Assembly: GCF_000315625.1 (NCBI RefSeq)
Contig: NW_005434523.1
Location: 14,394-78,393 of the forward strand
Direction: 5' to 3'
Length of the DNA: 64,000 bases
Source of the DNA: Guillardia theta CCMP2712
Lineage: Eukaryota; Protista; Cryptophyta
The position numbers and the translations under genes are program-made. Below are positions 62,551 to 64,000 of this stretch, piece by piece (the stretch's first letter is position 1; each line of letters begins with the position of its first letter). The notes below the pieces were generated by a model, which saw only the letters and a list, made by a program, of their open reading frames with translations, searched no databases and had not been told where the DNA came from.

Positions 62551-63473
62551 ATGGTTCGGCCCTCTGCCTCCCCCGCCTCCAAGGCCGTCGCCCTCGCCTT
62601 CGCCCAAGCGGTATGCCCCTCGCCTCCTCTCCTCCTCTGCTCTGCTCTGACACCTGCTCCCTTCAGGTCTCCCGAGCCGTCCCTGCCTCCCTCAGCCACC
62701 TCTTCATCCCCCGCAAGGGCCGCCTCTCCCTCTACGACGCCCTCTGCGACTGCATCCCGGCCGCCGCCCGTAGCGCGGAGCAGACGTTCGGGGGGTACGG
62801 GGTGAGGGAGGTGGAGTTCAACAAGGTCCTCGAGCACAACGGCTTCACCAAGATCCGCGACCGCCGAGTCATCCCCGACGTCCTGGGGGAGACGGACTTC
62901 TCGAGGAGCAGCAGCGCGCGCTACTTCTTCTCCAACCGCCGCTGGAGGAACCCCGACGACCCCCACGAGCTCCAGGAGCTCCGGCAGGCCTGGCTCAAGC
63001 TCCGCCAGCTCGCGTGGAGGCTCGGGGCGGACGTGAGCCTGGAGGCGTTGGAGCAGTGCTGCCGGGAGAGGTACGGGGCGTGGGCGGAGATGACGGTGAA
63101 CTGGAGCAAGGCGCCGCGTCGGGTGTACCGCAACAAGCACAAGGCAGGCAAGAAGGATGGATTGGAAGGGAAGAAAGTCTCTGGGAAGGAGGGGGCGTGG
63201 GTTGAGGAGGGGTCAGAAACAAGATCGGTTGAGGCACACGACGAGGATGAGATCGCATTCGATGGCTTGTCCAGCGTCTGGCCTGGTGTCATGTCGGTCA
63301 AGGAGGAGCCCTTCGATCTGAGCATGCCAGGCGAGGCGAGGGAGGAGGAGGAGGAGAGCTTGCTGGAGAAAGAAGAGCTCCCGCGGGTAGGATGGTGGGA
63401 GACGCCGGAGGAGGTGACGGGCTTAGGGAGGACGGTCTGCTCTGTGTGGAGCGACGGATGGGGATGGGCGTGA
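62551..63473 (+). CDS. Putative winged-helix family, copy 9; intron 62611-62666
   Basis: Inverted near-identical partner of copy 8 (arms ~60176-61265 and 62551-63645). Confidence 0.85.
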
Positions 63474-64000
63474 AGAAAGAGGGTCTGTATAGGGAGCAAG
63501 CGGGGACGTGGAGGGAGGGAGCGTAGGAGGCGAGTCAAGTCAAGTTAAGTAGCAATGTCATTTTCCAGGTCTGATATGAATGTTTGTGTTGAAGCGGTAG
63601 AACAATAAATGTGCATCAAGTCGCTTGTAGGGAGACAGCCTGAGCTTAACAAATCACTATGCCAACACTTAAACGCTACTTCATCAATCACTACGCCAAC
63701 TCAACGCTACCAAATTGTGTCACAACCCGACTTTTACTGGTTGCAGACGTCTACAGTGAATGCTCAAAGCACCTCCGCTGGATCGCACACAAAGGTGAAG
63801 AGTAGAAATATGAAGTTCATGATAACACCAACACACTATCGATTCGTTGCACACACAGCAAGGGAAAGGACAGACCACCTGAGCAGTTGTTCACGATCGT
63901 TTTATAGTCGAGGGGAACCACCAGGGGTGGCGAGGCTCTCGAAGATTCTCGAGTGGACCTTCAAGCGCAGTTCAATAAGAACTCACGTTGGATTTCTCTA

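Noticed and set aside
41501-63473. Bacterial-style shufflon or diversity-generating retroelement
   Set aside because: Each tail has its own head and promoter. No recombinase or adenine-specific TR/VR pair was seen, and the RTs present are Ty3/Gypsy type.
41841-63538. Recurrent antisense ORFs over the family genes
   Set aside because: Shadow frames of GC-rich coding sequence.

Overview
Eukaryotic (protist-type) nuclear DNA with short GT-AG introns, long GAT/GGA/AG microsatellites (often inside introns) and two N gaps (1341-1932, 46814-46969). The style resembles cryptophyte nuclear DNA, but that is an unverified impression. The left half (1-26 kb) holds a degenerate Ty3/Gypsy chromovirus, an intronless ~1400-aa membrane-anchored repeat protein lying inside a 916-bp inverted repeat, DHX34, an SLC35D-like nucleotide-sugar transporter and a SET-domain gene. 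The right half (26-64 kb) is a rearranged, palindrome-rich cluster of nine copies of a two-exon gene family. Each copy has a near-invariant ~175-aa N-terminal domain, which by eye resembles an RFX / D5-primase-type winged helix, and a variable acidic tail. A 22-bp X-box-like motif (GTCACGTTACCATCGGCATCTC) lies 180-395 bp upstream of seven copies in the same orientation and forms dense clusters in non-coding repeats at 33-40 and 53 kb. This family plus its motif is the best candidate for an undescribed system. The right half also contains a Copia RNase H fragment and a second, integrase-less chromovirus. All calls come from reading the sequence; no searches were run.
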